Below are positions 24,960 through 39,400 of a stretch of DNA of 64,000 bases, piece by piece (the first letter of the stretch is position 1; every line of letters starts with the position of its first letter). Below the pieces are notes generated by a model, which saw nothing but the letters and a program-made list of their open reading frames with translations, had not been told where the DNA came from and did no database searches. This DNA comes from Raillietiella orientalis (Eukaryota), in NCBI GenBank assembly GCA_036172245.1, contig JAYWIR010000038.1, positions 372,001 through 436,000 of the forward strand, written 5' to 3'. Position numbers and translations under genes: made by a program.

Positions 24960-26100
24960 GGGACTTGTACCACGTATTGTCATGACTATATGGAGAGTTT
25001 GAAGAAACGTCCCTGCGTACTCGGGTGGCATCGCCGCACCAACGGGAAGCTCTCTGTCTCGACTTCGCTCTGTATCTTTGCCATTACAGCTCCACGGTGG
25101 ATCAGACCGAGGAATTCCTCGAGCGGCGCTGCCGAGGCTGACACGGGTAACAGAAGCAGAAGATCGTCCGCATAGGCCGACACAGTAGGCGTGCCGGAGC
25201 ACGAGCTGGCAAGGGCAGCAAGAGTTGTCTCTACGCTCTAGGCACCAACTCGAAGTAGATGCTGAAGAGCAACGGGCTCAGACTGTCTCCTCGCCGAATT
25301 CCAAGCCTCACCGGTACGCCGTACACGTGTTGGCCGCTGGAAAAAAATTTTGATCATCGCGTTGCTCGAGAAGGAGCGCAGGTAGGCCAGGAGGACATCC
25401 GGGAATCCCATGCGTTCCAGAAGTTCCAAAAGGACTCTTGGTCGGCGCAGTCGAATCCTTTTCCAGCAACAGTGATCCCTTCCCCCTAAAGCCGTGGTGG
25501 ACCGTACTGGTCTGCGAACCGGTGACCCGGCAGGCTCTGTGTTTCTTCGTGTGTGGCTGGAGCACTGGTCCAGCCACAGTGCGTTTTAAAGTTTGTTTAT
25601 ATAATAAATGACCCGGAGAAACCCGGGTGAAAATCGAATCCTTTTCCAGACCGACTGCGATAGCAAGGGCTCCCGACGCCTCCGAGTCAGCGTGGTCTCC
25701 CGAACCCTGATGATCTCGGAACTCAGGGTCCCTTTGACTGATTGGCACGACCCTTTCTTGCAACGGAATCCAGGAGCTGACCAGGAACGCGTTCGTTTCC
25801 ACGCTTCGTCCGGGAACAGCGTACGTCAGCTTCGGGCTGATGAACGTTTTTGCCAACCGCCTCAGGCGTTCAGTCCATAGCTTCGCGAGTAGCTTGGCTT
25901 CCGTGTTGATCACGCCGGTTGCTTGTGTTGCGGAGGTCTCCTCCCTTTGGAAGGAAACGTACTCTTGCTAATAAGAAGGACACGGGCACCTCGCCTGTCT
26001 CCCGAATCAATCGAGCTGACCCCGCCGATGCACCGGCGGGGTCAGCTCTGCCGCGGAACACTGGTAAAATTCTGCCGGCAGACCGTCCTCCGGTGACACC
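24960..26100 (-). mobile_element. Frameshifted L1-clade reverse transcriptase core
   Basis: INTEAKLLAKLWTERLRRLAKTFISPKLTYAVPGRSVETN (RT domains 1-2), GLEK(x)FDC (domain 3, split by an insertion), GIRRGDSLSPLLF (domain 4) and SAYADDLLL (domain 5), in order across frameshifts. Confidence 0.9.
25467..25633 (+). mobile_element. 167-bp LINE 3'-tail insertion with 16-bp target-site duplication
   Basis: TCGAATCCTTTTCCAG at 25451-25466 and 25634-25649; the insert is homologous to the 3' UTR at 20492-20726. Confidence 0.85.
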
Positions 26101-26449
26101 CCCCTGTTCCTGACGTCGGTCCTCTACTGACGTTCGAACCCTCAACGCTTGATGCAACGCGCGGACGCGATGTGATTGAGAATGCAAATGCTAAATAGGA
26201 GACGCATCGAAAATAAAGCTGCAAAGAGAACAACACTAGGAACGCTTTCATCCATTGAAGATCGAAAAATTGAAATTTCAAGTTTTCTTACATTCTATTC
26301 CTAGCTCCCAGGAAAGATTCTTGGCGCGTAGGTTGAGATTCCTGGTACGTAGGATGTTTAATGAGTACATTACGGTAGAATTACTGATTGCCATGAACGA
26401 AAGTCGTTATTTACGAGGGTAAAGATATACCTACAGAAACATATTGTGT

Positions 26450-27220
26450 TGCATGCAGGTGGGAAGGATTCCTTGCCTGAGGATGTAGTTCCAAAATCTC
26501 AAGTGAAGCCATCCTATGGGAAGAACTGAGGGAGCTGACTGACTGCGAACTCTCGACCCACCCTCCTTCCCTTTGCCATGTGGAAAGATTTTAAAGAAAA
26601 CGGACAGTTCTTTCAAAGCACCCTTCTCTCAAAGGTACAGATTGCGGCGACCTGCTGCTGTGACCATCCGTCTCGATGAAGAGGCGAGCTTCCACAATGT
26701 GCCATGCACTTTCTTTCATCAAAGTCTTTCTTGCAGACCAGTGGCTCGGATCTGTCCCGAAGTCACTTTCTGCTGGTGCAACCTACTCTTTTCGAACGAA
26801 GACTCGGCGGAGCTAATCGCGCGAGATTCACAGTTCCTCATGGAAGGTGGCATCGGTCCACCTGCGTGCAACTGCGTGAGAAGACTTCCTCTTCCCACAC
26901 GCCATCGCAGATATTCCTGGCATATTGTGATTTGTTTAGTTTCTGCGTGTGGGGTGCCGAGCCAATTTCTGCACACGCGTGAATTCACCATAAAAAAAAA
27001 AAAGGCTCTCCAGCTTGCACATGTGTGAACGAACGCGACTCGAGTTTGCAAAACGAATGTTTTTTATCCCAAAAGCTTCGTGTTCCGAAGAGAGGCGCAC
27101 GCAATCACAAAGCCTTGCAACCCCCGGTCTCTGAAAGAATCCTTCGGATCACCCGCAGGCCACCACGGGTGCCATGATGAATGCCACCTTCACCACCGGT
27201 GAGCTCATTTGCCATTTCAA
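26450..27220 (-). mobile_element. Possible LTR-retrotransposon (Ty3/Gypsy-like) integrase relic
   Basis: Very degraded motifs in integrase order: GIHHG..LRVIR..FQRPG (HxG..WPG-like), VCRNWLGTP (DxxGP-like), IETDGHSSR (PQTDGQxER-like). Weak. Confidence 0.35.
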
Positions 27221-27875
27221 AGTGCCACTTGGCTCACAAACTGACTCGACATCACAACTGATCTGAAGGTGCCATATGAACCAAATTCACACATAGCCTT
27301 TAACGATTTATTACCTCTGTACGAACAAGATTTCTTCCCGGTATCTGAAAAGAATACCCTCCTACAAACAGGACACACACACGAACGACTACTGTGGTAG
27401 AATACCACGGCAGAACTCGGCGCTGCAGATGAAAAGCTGAGAAGCACAGGGATATTTCTTGTGGCCGTAAGAACACAACCGGGCAACTTTGGAAACTGCA
27501 GTTACCAAGAGTTGAAAATGCAAAGTTTTTCGGGTGCGGCAACACTTGATTTTAGAATCTCGGTGTTTCATGATTGCCACTTCTGTTTCCGTCCGTGCGG
27601 TGCGTCACATCCATGTGCACGGACGACATACCTCTCTAATGAATAAACTGCAGTCCACTGGGAATTTTCCTGTATGCGATTTTCGTTCGCGCCTTTTTGC
27701 ATAGTTACTGAAAAAGACTTCACTTGGGAAACCACTCGTAGCTCTATTTGTGATTTATCCTTTTTTGTTCAGCCCATTCCAATCCGAAGCCTGACAGTTG
27801 CAAACAAAACATCACACTGCAAGATTGACAGGCGAAACATCACAGAGCTGCTTTTCAGATCACATGAACACTAAA

Positions 27876-29362
27876 TCACAGCTGCTGCTGCTGTTGCCAG
27901 TCGCCAGGATCTATAACTACATCTTGTAAGGGCACATCGCACAATCTCATATGATTGTTTCCTGACTGAGATGAACTGGAAATAAGCTGAGTTCGATCTG
28001 CTTCAGGGTAACGCTGGGAAAATGTGACACCATTCCCCAAACTGGAACACAAAAAACGTAAGCAAAATAAAAGTGTGCTAAATTATGAACCAAAACATCC
28101 CTCACCTAATAGGATGCTTAAACACATCCTGGGAGGGCACATTATTATGTGGAAGCCGAATACAATAGCTGACCCCATCCCCAAGGCTGTAATGCACAAC
28201 TCTATGGCACAATTCCCTATCTAATCCCTCACCTGCTATGCACTGGCAAAAACCACATGGCAGGAATGTTTCCAAACACCTCCCTGAAATTGTTAGCTTT
28301 CCCTAGGTGGAATGCATTCTTATCAGGCCCATGCTGGAAAACTGGAGCACGGAAAGCCTCTGAAAAGGAATACGATTGAATGAACCCAAAGTGACTGTGA
28401 TACATACCTAATGTTGATCGATTGAGAAGCACCAGGTACATGTGATATCCTAGCAGGAAACTCAAACTCAGAGAAAACATAGTAGCCACAAAAAACAGAA
28501 ACAGCAAATGAAATTTGGTTGTGCTACTAGTCACCTGACCCTAAAAACACACAGTGCCTTTAGTTTCAAGCTCAACTTACGCTAAAGAAGGAAATACAAT
28601 ATGGCAATGAGCAGCTTGCCAAGAACACACAGTACAGCAGAGCATAACCTAGGAAGAGGAGGAAAAACTTGTAATTGCTGAAGGCCACACAGTTGTTAAC
28701 CCAAGGGCAGTGGTGATCCATCTTGAGGATGCAAGTACCACATACACTACAGTGATGAGCACGATCAGGCTTGATTTGTCGACACTTTTCACAATATCGA
28801 ATAGCTATAAGCAAGCATAGAGATATTTAGATGATACAGGAAAACATCCTACTTCCATGGATTGTCCGGCAATTCACAGGCAGTGATTGTGCCAAATGCT
28901 CTAGAATCCGACGTTGCACTTCTTCAGATTCAGCATTTTCAAAGCACTCATAGTCATCAGGAGACAGTTTGAACTGTATACAAACAGTCAGTGCGTATCA
29001 GAAGATATGCTCACCTGTTTGGGTACTGAATATGAATGAGTAAACATAGTCTGCACATAGGTCCAAAGTAACAAAAATAGCAGTGCATGATACAGAAGAA
29101 GTAAAAGTGCTATAATAAGTCTTGAATCAGCTATCTCAACCAACCTTACCTTGATGCCATTCTGCCTGCAGGGTAACTGAAATACAATTACAATACACTT
29201 CGTACAGCATTCCCACTCACATAAGCATAACTGCACTACAAAAGCATAATAAGACCAACAGATGATACTGGTAATAAATAAAACAGGTAACCATTGCATG
29301 GTACGGATGCAAACAAGGCAAGGGCTTTTTTTCCTCCCAGGGCTGCTTATAGAATTATCCAT
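27876..29362 (-). CDS. DHHC palmitoyltransferase, ZDHHC2/15/20 family, 8 exons, 344 aa
   Basis: GT-AG exons 29221-29362, 29150-29176, 29015-29109, 28853-28973, 28581-28804, 28408-28540, 28233-28359, 27876-28041 (1035 nt, in frame). Contains [44 protein letters not shown] (TTxE-like), GNGVTF and four hydrophobic segments. Confidence 0.95.
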
Positions 29363-30559
29363 AAGGAATCACTGAAGAAATCCCAAGTAAAAAGAACAAA
29401 GATAACAACTGCTTTCTTCTTGCAATACTAGAATTAGCATTCCTACATTCTTCCATCTATTGCAAAAGCAGGGCAATTTATTTTCACTGATACCCTGCTA
29501 AGGGACTTTCTGGACAGAAAAAGTAAAAACTAGGAAAGTCTGAAAATACAAAAAGGAAAACGCTGTTAAATTCCACGATGGATTTAAGAATCATTGCAAA
29601 TCAACACTTATTTTTATGTTGAGATGGATGAATCATTAAAGCTTATGCAAACAAAAGAATTTGATAAAGAAAATACCCTAGCCATAACAATTCATTTAGA
29701 ATAGCACGTGCTGTTGATGGAAAATTTGAACTGCTTGTACTGTAATCTAAAATTCTCTTGTGGAAATGTTCAACAAATCAGGCTTCACAGTCATAGGTTT
29801 GAAGGATTTTTAGATCATGTTTGAAACTAACCTATCGAGTTGGCTAAGATAAGATTTCATGTGCACACATTGCTAGTTAATTACATTGAGTTACCTTTGT
29901 ACTCTCTCCACATGCACAAATTATCTTTCGGTTACATCTTTATTACTTGCAAAATGCTAGCGAAACTCTTGAAGTATCCACACAAAATTTGGAGGCATTA
30001 AAGTATATTAAGGAAATGTTCCTTTAAATGTCCATTCTATAATGAATGTCTACAATGACTAAATTCCCCTGAGCAGTTATTTTCGATAAATGAAACTGTG
30101 ATTCACGTGTTGGTAATATGTACAACGGAGATTTAAAAACTGTTTCCCATAAAATGGGAGCCTTAAATCGTTTATAAAATATATTACAACGATTCTAACA
30201 CATCATAGCAACGGTCTGATATTGTCTTATGCACTCAGTTTTTGCACTGCAAGTGCACAAGATGGCTTGATCTCATCGTCTTGAAAATAAAAGGATCGAT
30301 CCACCACAGTATCTTTTGAATGAAATCTCAGACAAATATGGATAAATGACATGACATTTACATGTTCAATGTAAATGTAAATTAATGTAGCGTAACTTTA
30401 GCACAAAAACTCGACTGCATGAGAAATGCTTGTAAATTACACGTCCGAAATATCGATGAGTGTCATATTCATACAAATTCTACACGAAAATAAGAATCTC
30501 TTCGTTTGTTTTACTGCAACTCAATTTATTCTCAAATCAGTTTTACTTCACAGAACGCA

Positions 30560-31100
30560 CTGGAAAAATCGCCGTCCGTGCTCTCCGGGGCCGTCTTTCC
30601 CGTCAGTACGGTTCCCTTCCCGTCGGGACGCACGGAGGGAGGGGCACCCGGAAACTTGCGATCCCCCCTCTCCAGATCCGGACTTCAGTGCCTCGGGCAT
30701 TCCATCACACCGCGGCCTTCTCACAACTCTGAGCTGCACGATCGTTTGCACAGTTCCTTCCCGCACGGTGCGGATGCTGCGGACCACATATCCGCGGAAA
30801 CGTGCCCTTTGTTCGCGTCCCCAAGTTACTCATGGGCTTGCGTTCGGATAAGATAAAGGCGGGATAAAGGATAAGCTTCCTGTGCAGTTTTTTTTCCTGC
30901 GTTTGCCGGACCCACGCAGCCGACTTGCCCGCAGGAAGCGCGACGTACGAAACCCGGAATCCGTACGGGGAGGGCGGCTGCTCCTCCATCTCCGGATCAC
31001 CATCCGGGGTGCACCCGGGAGGTACACAGATCCACGTGTCATGAACACCCCGCCCGAGGAGCTTTAACCACCCCCTTCACGTGTTTTCGAGGGAAGAAAA
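30560..31100 (+). mobile_element. Short GC-rich probable RT relic
   Basis: GC-rich island in AT-rich DNA with weak RT-like pieces (HRGLLTTLS, SGVHPGG). Confidence 0.25.
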
Positions 31101-31917
31101 TCATGAAATGCAATTAGTTCTCTCGTGTACAGTTGTTCGTGGCTCGTGTGCTGCAAAATACAGTACGAATTCGTGGGTCCATCGCAGGAAGATGACTTGG
31201 CTCCGTGGTCCTTCATAGAGGCATTTTTACGATTTTTCCACGATGCATTCATTTGCCTTTTTTTACGATAGCGAGTTACAGTAATTACGAATTCAGAATT
31301 ATTATGATGGCGATGTTGAGTGCATAAAGGATTAGCTTCAATGAAGGGAGTAATTAAGTCCATTATCTTGCTATCTAAGTTGGAAGGAAGGTTTGTTTTG
31401 AGAGTTATGTAACAATGTAATTCATAATCATAAAGACTACTTGAAGGACCGCTAATAAAAATGAAGTGCCTTTCTGCAATACTTGCACAGTATCTTCGAT
31501 GATTTACCAGATTGGATGGATCATGCGGTGACGTGTCAATATTTCATAGAAAGCAAAGGTCCGAAGCTGATCAAGCGGCGGTCACTAATGGAGGTACAGT
31601 TTGTGAATTAAAAGAATAGAAGTGAGAGTAAATTCGATTATAAAACATCATCGTCTTCATTTCAAGATGACTGAGTTGATCTGATTCGATGTGGTTTCTA
31701 GATGGCTTTTTTCTAGTTATTCTGATATTCTACGTAGATAGTTGGACTAGTGTCTTTGCTTACTTAATAGAGTAAGTTCTGCTGGTCGAGTGCTGCCAGC
31801 ATCGTAACACAAAGTTATGAAACGTCCCTTTGATTTGTTTCTGGATGTTCACATCATATACGACATACAGCTCTCCTTTGAAAATATTTCGAGTAGCCGC
31901 TTTTGTCTTCTTTGTCT

Positions 31918-31967
31918 TAAGCTGTTCTGAAATTCCGTCAAAGAAGACGGACTTTCAGAACAGCTTA
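31918..31967. repeat. Inverted repeat: 22-bp arms, 6-nt loop, 1 mismatch
   Basis: TAAGCTGTTCTGAAATTCCGTC-aaagaa-GACGGACTTTCAGAACAGCTTA. Confidence 0.9.
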
Positions 31968-33308
31968 CGAGCGCTGTGATAGTCAAAAGGCAGATGCATT
32001 TTCCTTTTTTGCACTCCTAGGGTTGGATTGATTGACCGATTGGATCGTTGAGTTCCCCGTTGCTTTGACTGTGGGTGTTTCTGAGAATGCAACTTCACCT
32101 TTTTTTTCCCTTAAATAGTATTCGAAATGAATTCAGGATCTGCATGGATCAGCGCATAGAAAGGATCGATTCAAACTGCGAAGCGTGACACAAATCAAAG
32201 ATGGACTTTCAAAGAGCAGGCCACGCGGTTTCCGGCACATGCGATCCTTTTACTTTGGGACCCTCATTTCAAGCAACAGTTCGGATCGAGCGCCTCTTAC
32301 GAAATCGTCCGTGCCGTATCAGGAGGAAAATAGCTCGAATCGTAATAACGAACGGCACTTTGCAACCCTGGCGCAGAATGCGAAACGAGCGGTTTACCTT
32401 GAAAGGGACGCGGAAAGCCCGGCGGTGTTGTGGGGACTTCTCATCCAATTCACTCTCCGAACCCCTAAATTTTGCGGCTTTCCTTTCCTTGGGCCAAGGG
32501 GAGGCAGGCAGCTTTCCGCGTGAATTTGGTGCGCAACTTGGAAACAGTAATTTCTTTTAAAGCTAGCACAAGAGGAAAAAAATTTTTTTTATAATATCCG
32601 CAACTCTATAGTAACACATAAGAAATTTTTCGCCCGTTGTTTTTCGACTTGAATTTGGGAATCAGAGCAACTCAGTCACCCCGAAATGGGGACGATGATC
32701 TTTCGCGATCGGAATCACCCTCACTTTTACTCGTTTCATTCGCTTGGCAAGTGGTCGCAAGTATACACCTGAATAAAACAAAACTTCTTTGTTACAAAAG
32801 ACAGTAATCAGTGGTACAACCGAAAAGCGTTTTAAATGTTTGGACTCGACAAAAAAAAAAAACATTCATGAAACTATCGATAAAGTCGGCTACTTAAAAA
32901 CTTGCGCCTTCCATCACAAGAGTGCATTGTGCACTCTAGAAAAATACCTAATGCATTTCCAGTCTTCAGGAATGCTTGCTATACAGTAAATAACTACTTA
33001 ATGATGCAAACAACAAGCAAGGATTTCATTTACATGTGAGGAGCTCATTATTTCCGTTCCCCTAACGTTTCCCGAAAACTGCAACCCCTGCCTTAAGCAC
33101 ACTACCTGGAAGTTCACTAAGAAATGATGAACCTGAGATCATATACGAATATAATCACAAAAATAATTTATTGGTTAAAACTGACATGTAACACATGTAT
33201 ATGTATGATTCTGAATATGAAAATACAACCAAGACTGTCTGTAAGATGCAAATAACGTGCAAGATAATCAGGATATCAGATATGACGCACATGAAGATCT
33301 CAAGTCTG

Positions 33309-34643
<1,335 letters not shown>

Positions 34644-36499
34644 CAAAAAAAACTGTTCCCCAAATGACACTTCGCTAAATTTTTTGAAATTTCATTTCCA
34701 CATTGAAATTGATCGTGCTTCTTTCTAAACATTCAAGGATGACGGAAGATTCTCACACACATGCATTCCAGACGAATGGACGAAAAGAGCCCCCCAACAC
34801 GCAGTCCTCAAACTGCATTCAAATTGAAATCTATAATATTATCAGGAGTACCAAGACCCAGATCAGCTGAATATTTGTAAAAACATTTTATAAGCTTTCA
34901 ATTGTACATAATTTTCTATATTGAAAAACCTGAAAAATTTTTGCCATTTTCCAAATTTTGTGTTGATGATGAGAATATACCCATTTTACACCAAACAATC
35001 ACTATAATTTTTGAGGACATCAACGAATTAAAACTCAAATAAACTGTAACGACTTCACAGGAAGATACATTCTGTATACAAAGATGTGGAGAGAAGAAAA
35101 TGAAAATTAATTTTCTTAATAAAATTTGCGTATTCCTGGAGCGAGTAGAAATGCCCAGAAATAATTGTGTTCAAAAAATAATGGTTGTGTAAATGAAATT
35201 TCATTCATGATGCGAAATTATACCAAAGTATCTCTACATGTGTAAATAATTCCTCGAATCAGAGACTATATGCTGAAGGACAATAACAGTGAGCAATTAT
35301 GTAATCTTCAGATGCCTTGCAATGCTCTCAACAAGATTACACATGGAGCATCAACAAGCATAGAGCTAAGATATCAGTAGCAAATAAGAAAACTCCCTAT
35401 TAAGCATAATCAGGCATCTAAATTTCTGAGCAATACCTTCCAGAATGGTTCCTCTCCGTCTGTAATTTGGAATAGCATTGTGATACTCGAACGCCTTTTC
35501 GTTCTCGACCTAGTACCCCTAAGAGTCCATGAGTTAGTAAACAGAATATTCAGTGAGAAAGAATGAGAAGAACCTCCCAAATTAAAAGTATCCAGGGAAC
35601 AATCCAGAGAGCAATATTGCTTGCTTTTCCAAATTAAATTAGGCTGTGAAAATTAGTGGATTCATTCGAATCAATGAAATCTAGAAAAATAGACATTCGG
35701 AGAGATGTTTGGAAGAGTAAAATGGGCAGTAGAAATAGCTGTGAGGAGAGATGTATTAGGCTGGAATTACAAAATTAGCAATAAAAAAGAAAAACATCGA
35801 TGATGTTTATCACGAATCAGTTCTTTTTTCTCTGAGATTCGTTGATAATTATCCGAAAAAATAAACTTTTATGCACTTCAGGAAAAATTTCCTATACCAA
35901 GAAATATTTACAAAGAAAAGAAATGATTGAATACTCGGTAAAATGAAAAAGCTGAAATTTTAATTGCGCTAGCAAAACTCACGACTAAATTGAAAGCCCC
36001 GTTGCTGTTTGCAGTCAACTATTTTGATAAGACACATTTGGTTGGTACTGCTTACGAAGGCAAAGTTCAGATCACAAAAAAGACTTCGATTCAATGCAGT
36101 AGCGGAAAGGATAGATCCATTTTCTCTGTCACTTCATATTCTTTTGAATTCTAATCAAACTTCTTTTCAAACTCTTCTCTAACTTGTAATTTATGTAGCT
36201 GCAATTCAGTAACACCTGATTCACATCCAGGAAAAAAGAAAATTCTACTCTTGGGAACACTTGACTTGCATAGATAACTCTGCTAGCAGTAATCATTAGA
36301 GCTTGAGATTTGGAGTATGCTGCCTTGATGTAGGAACAATCAAACGGACATGTATGATAAATTCACGAATGAATCGACTGAGAAAGTCGAAATCAATATG
36401 CAATGAACACTGTATGGAGGTAATCACTGTTTCATGAATCAGGTTCTTCAGCATCAGAGACTGGCTTCTTTGCCCCAAACCATAACTACGACGTTTCTT

Positions 36500-39400
36500 A
36501 GATGCAGAAGGATTTACTAGGATCACAGCCCCTGGTATTTTGAAAATACGAAGTCAGTAACACCACTGATTCTTCTTCCTGCAGCAAGTTAACAAGACTA
36601 CGGCATTTTTACCTGTTACGAACAACGAGGCTCACTTGGGTTCAAATCTGAAGACAATGGACACCATCTTGCGCTGATCAACTCTTGTTCAAAATGGACG
36701 GTATGATCTTGATTTTTCTATTGGAATTTGGAGGGAATTTTGAGTCATTTCCGGGAGTATCAGAAAACATTGATTTCCACTATGAAACTCACCTCATTGC
36801 ATGTAAGACTTACACGGTCCAGCAGTGGTTCACATCCTGATAAGACTAAACTTTTTCCAAATTTGCCCGTGATAATGATAGACTTTATACCAGGCGAGGA
36901 GTTCGAGGCACGGGGAGGTATGTGAGGAGGATAAAGAAGTTTCAGCAGCAAAAAATTTCTGATAGACGTAATGCCCATCAAAACTTCAGTTTCCAAAGCG
37001 ATCCATAGTTCCATCAGTTATACCAATCCCCTAATCAGGTATTTGTAATCTATACTGCATCTCAAATTCCTCTCTTGAAAGAGCTCTTGAATCCTTATGA
37101 GTACTACTGAAACTGCTGTGAATCTTTGTCGGCAGCACTTCTACCGTGCTGCTTCCATTCAGTTTATTTTTTTCCACACTTCCTACAAAATCTAAAGTCT
37201 TCTGTCCATTTGATTAAGCGAACGTTTTGCCCCCTCGTGCTCTGTGTTTTAGGGAACCAGTGACAAGAACCTACTTAAAAAAGGACTTTCCGGGATCAGT
37301 GAGATAATGCATAGACTGTAAACAGTGTTGGCGTTTTTGCCCACCAAAGGCAGATAACAGGAAGATGAACAGATGATGAGTACAATACAGTAGATTTGCC
37401 AGGATGAGCCCAATACCTAGTAAGATTCTGGAGTTTTTCTGAGCACTCCTTTGACGAAATTCTTCTTCTTACGCAGCTCTATGATCTGTCCACTCGAATG
37501 GAACGGGGCACAATAAAGGAATTCAGTATTTGTAGCAGTTTGAGTTTTCATTTTGTATTTGCAGTAAGATCTTTCATGTACTCGTAATGCATCCAGTCTA
37601 AAGCTCCAACGCAATCAAAACTTGGCTCGGGAATGGCGAAAGTCCTAGTAGGTCTTCTCGATGCTTGCGATCCACCTTGTTGCAAACATCCTTACTGTTT
37701 TTCGTTATGTTCTGCACCTTTTGTCCCCCCCACCCCACCCTCTTTCCCTGACAAGCTGTGATTTATATGTTTCCACTGCTCTTCATCGAAAGCATCTAAC
37801 ATCTCTTGCATTCTTCGCTTCATTTCCTTCCATAACTGATGACATTTTCAACACTGTGGTTCTTTCATATCGCCGTCTAAAGTCAATCACCAAAGTTCTC
37901 AAAGAACTTCTACGATCGACTTTTTATCCACCTTTCTCAGAGGTGAATGAAGAGAACCAAAAGAGTCCAGCAGTTTCTCATGCTTGGTGAATGCACAGGT
38001 GGTCATGATGGCCTCCGTGTCGAATGGGAATCCACCAATCCTCCAGTTCTTTTTCTTAAAACGGGAGGAGGAATCACATAAACAAAATGTGCATGGTCAT
38101 TTTATTTCGATGAAATTTCCTCATGGCAAAGAAAAAGCAAGTTCCTCAGGGAAAAATTGTCCTTTTGAGAATTTCAGGAATTTCGGTGGACAGAAAAAGG
38201 AAAGGACTTTTTTCATTTGTTCATACAAGCAGAGTCCTTATTGTATTCGTTCGACAGAGAGAGTTCCAGAATCAAAGTGTGGAAGATGACGTGTATCTTC
38301 ATCGACTGTAATAAACACTCAAAAGCAACAGATAACGCACCAGAGAGACTTGAGCGTTATGAAGTAACTTTGAAAAGTTAGAAAATACACCCTTATAAAG
38401 TTCAGTTTCATGGAAACGACTGTATTGGTGAAGAGCACTCCAAAAGGGAGCCTTTGATTTCAGTCCAAAGCCAGAGAGGTGCTTTAGATCAATAGAAATA
38501 CTCATCAGTAAGATAAAAGCTTGCCTTCCTTACTAGCCATTGGAATGTGCAATTTTATTCCCCATTTCAAACCGCTTTGGAAACGAACAGACTCCAACTT
38601 GAAAAAGAATGGCATGTGCCAACAGGTTAATGTTGGCATTTGTTGAAACTACGGAAGCCACGTCCCTCGACGTGTCTTCAGGAGGGTACCAATCTTCGTG
38701 CGCAATAAGATGAGATTCCTCTTTAGGCCGCAATGAGGATGGTGGGTTTCAAATCGAGACAGAAATGCCAGATGCTTTGGCTGAGCTGGTGCTGATGATG
38801 AAGTCTGGAGAAACCCAAAACGGACACACTTGTAGAGCCCAACCAAACTTGGGCAGAAATGCCTGCAACTCACCACGTGAAATGAAAGGTCCTTTCCAAA
38901 CTCTGCTGTTCCAGAACCTGTTTTTTTTTTTTTTGCATAGAGGATTCCATTCAATGGAAAATAAGTGGAAAAGATTTCGTTTTTGAAAAGCCAGTGGAGG
39001 AATTTTCCGTTTTCCTTGGAAACTACGCTTGGCCTTTGTTTTGCCACTCCACGCACAAGTCTGCTGTCTTCTAGATATCTGTTTAGTTTTACCTCTCGTG
39101 AATCTCGGAATAAAAGCTGGCAGATTAGGTTGTCTTCTGAAAGCTCATGGGAATGTCATGTCTACGAGTATTCTTTTTGCCCTCTCCTCTTGAGACTCGG
39201 TGTGAAGTGTGTTGTGTGTTTATGTCCTTATACTGACACACATGGACGACAGCAAGGGAAGTGCTTTGAGAAACCCTCCGGGACGCCTCATACATGAGCG
39301 CGGCCAGCATAAGACTCGAATTTCCTATATACTGTGTCTTACAAGTTTGCTCACCAGAGATCTCCGTTCCTTTGGCAACGGATGCTTAGCCAAGCACATA

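Noticed and set aside
25830..25850. CTGATGA hammerhead-core-like heptamer (also near 38790, 50431, 60105)
   Set aside because: No flanking stems or properly placed GAAA; the occurrences lie in RT or other repeat-derived sequence.
31300..31440. Possible second NUMT (strand-skewed stretch)
   Set aside because: No mitochondrial protein or RNA motif could be read convincingly.
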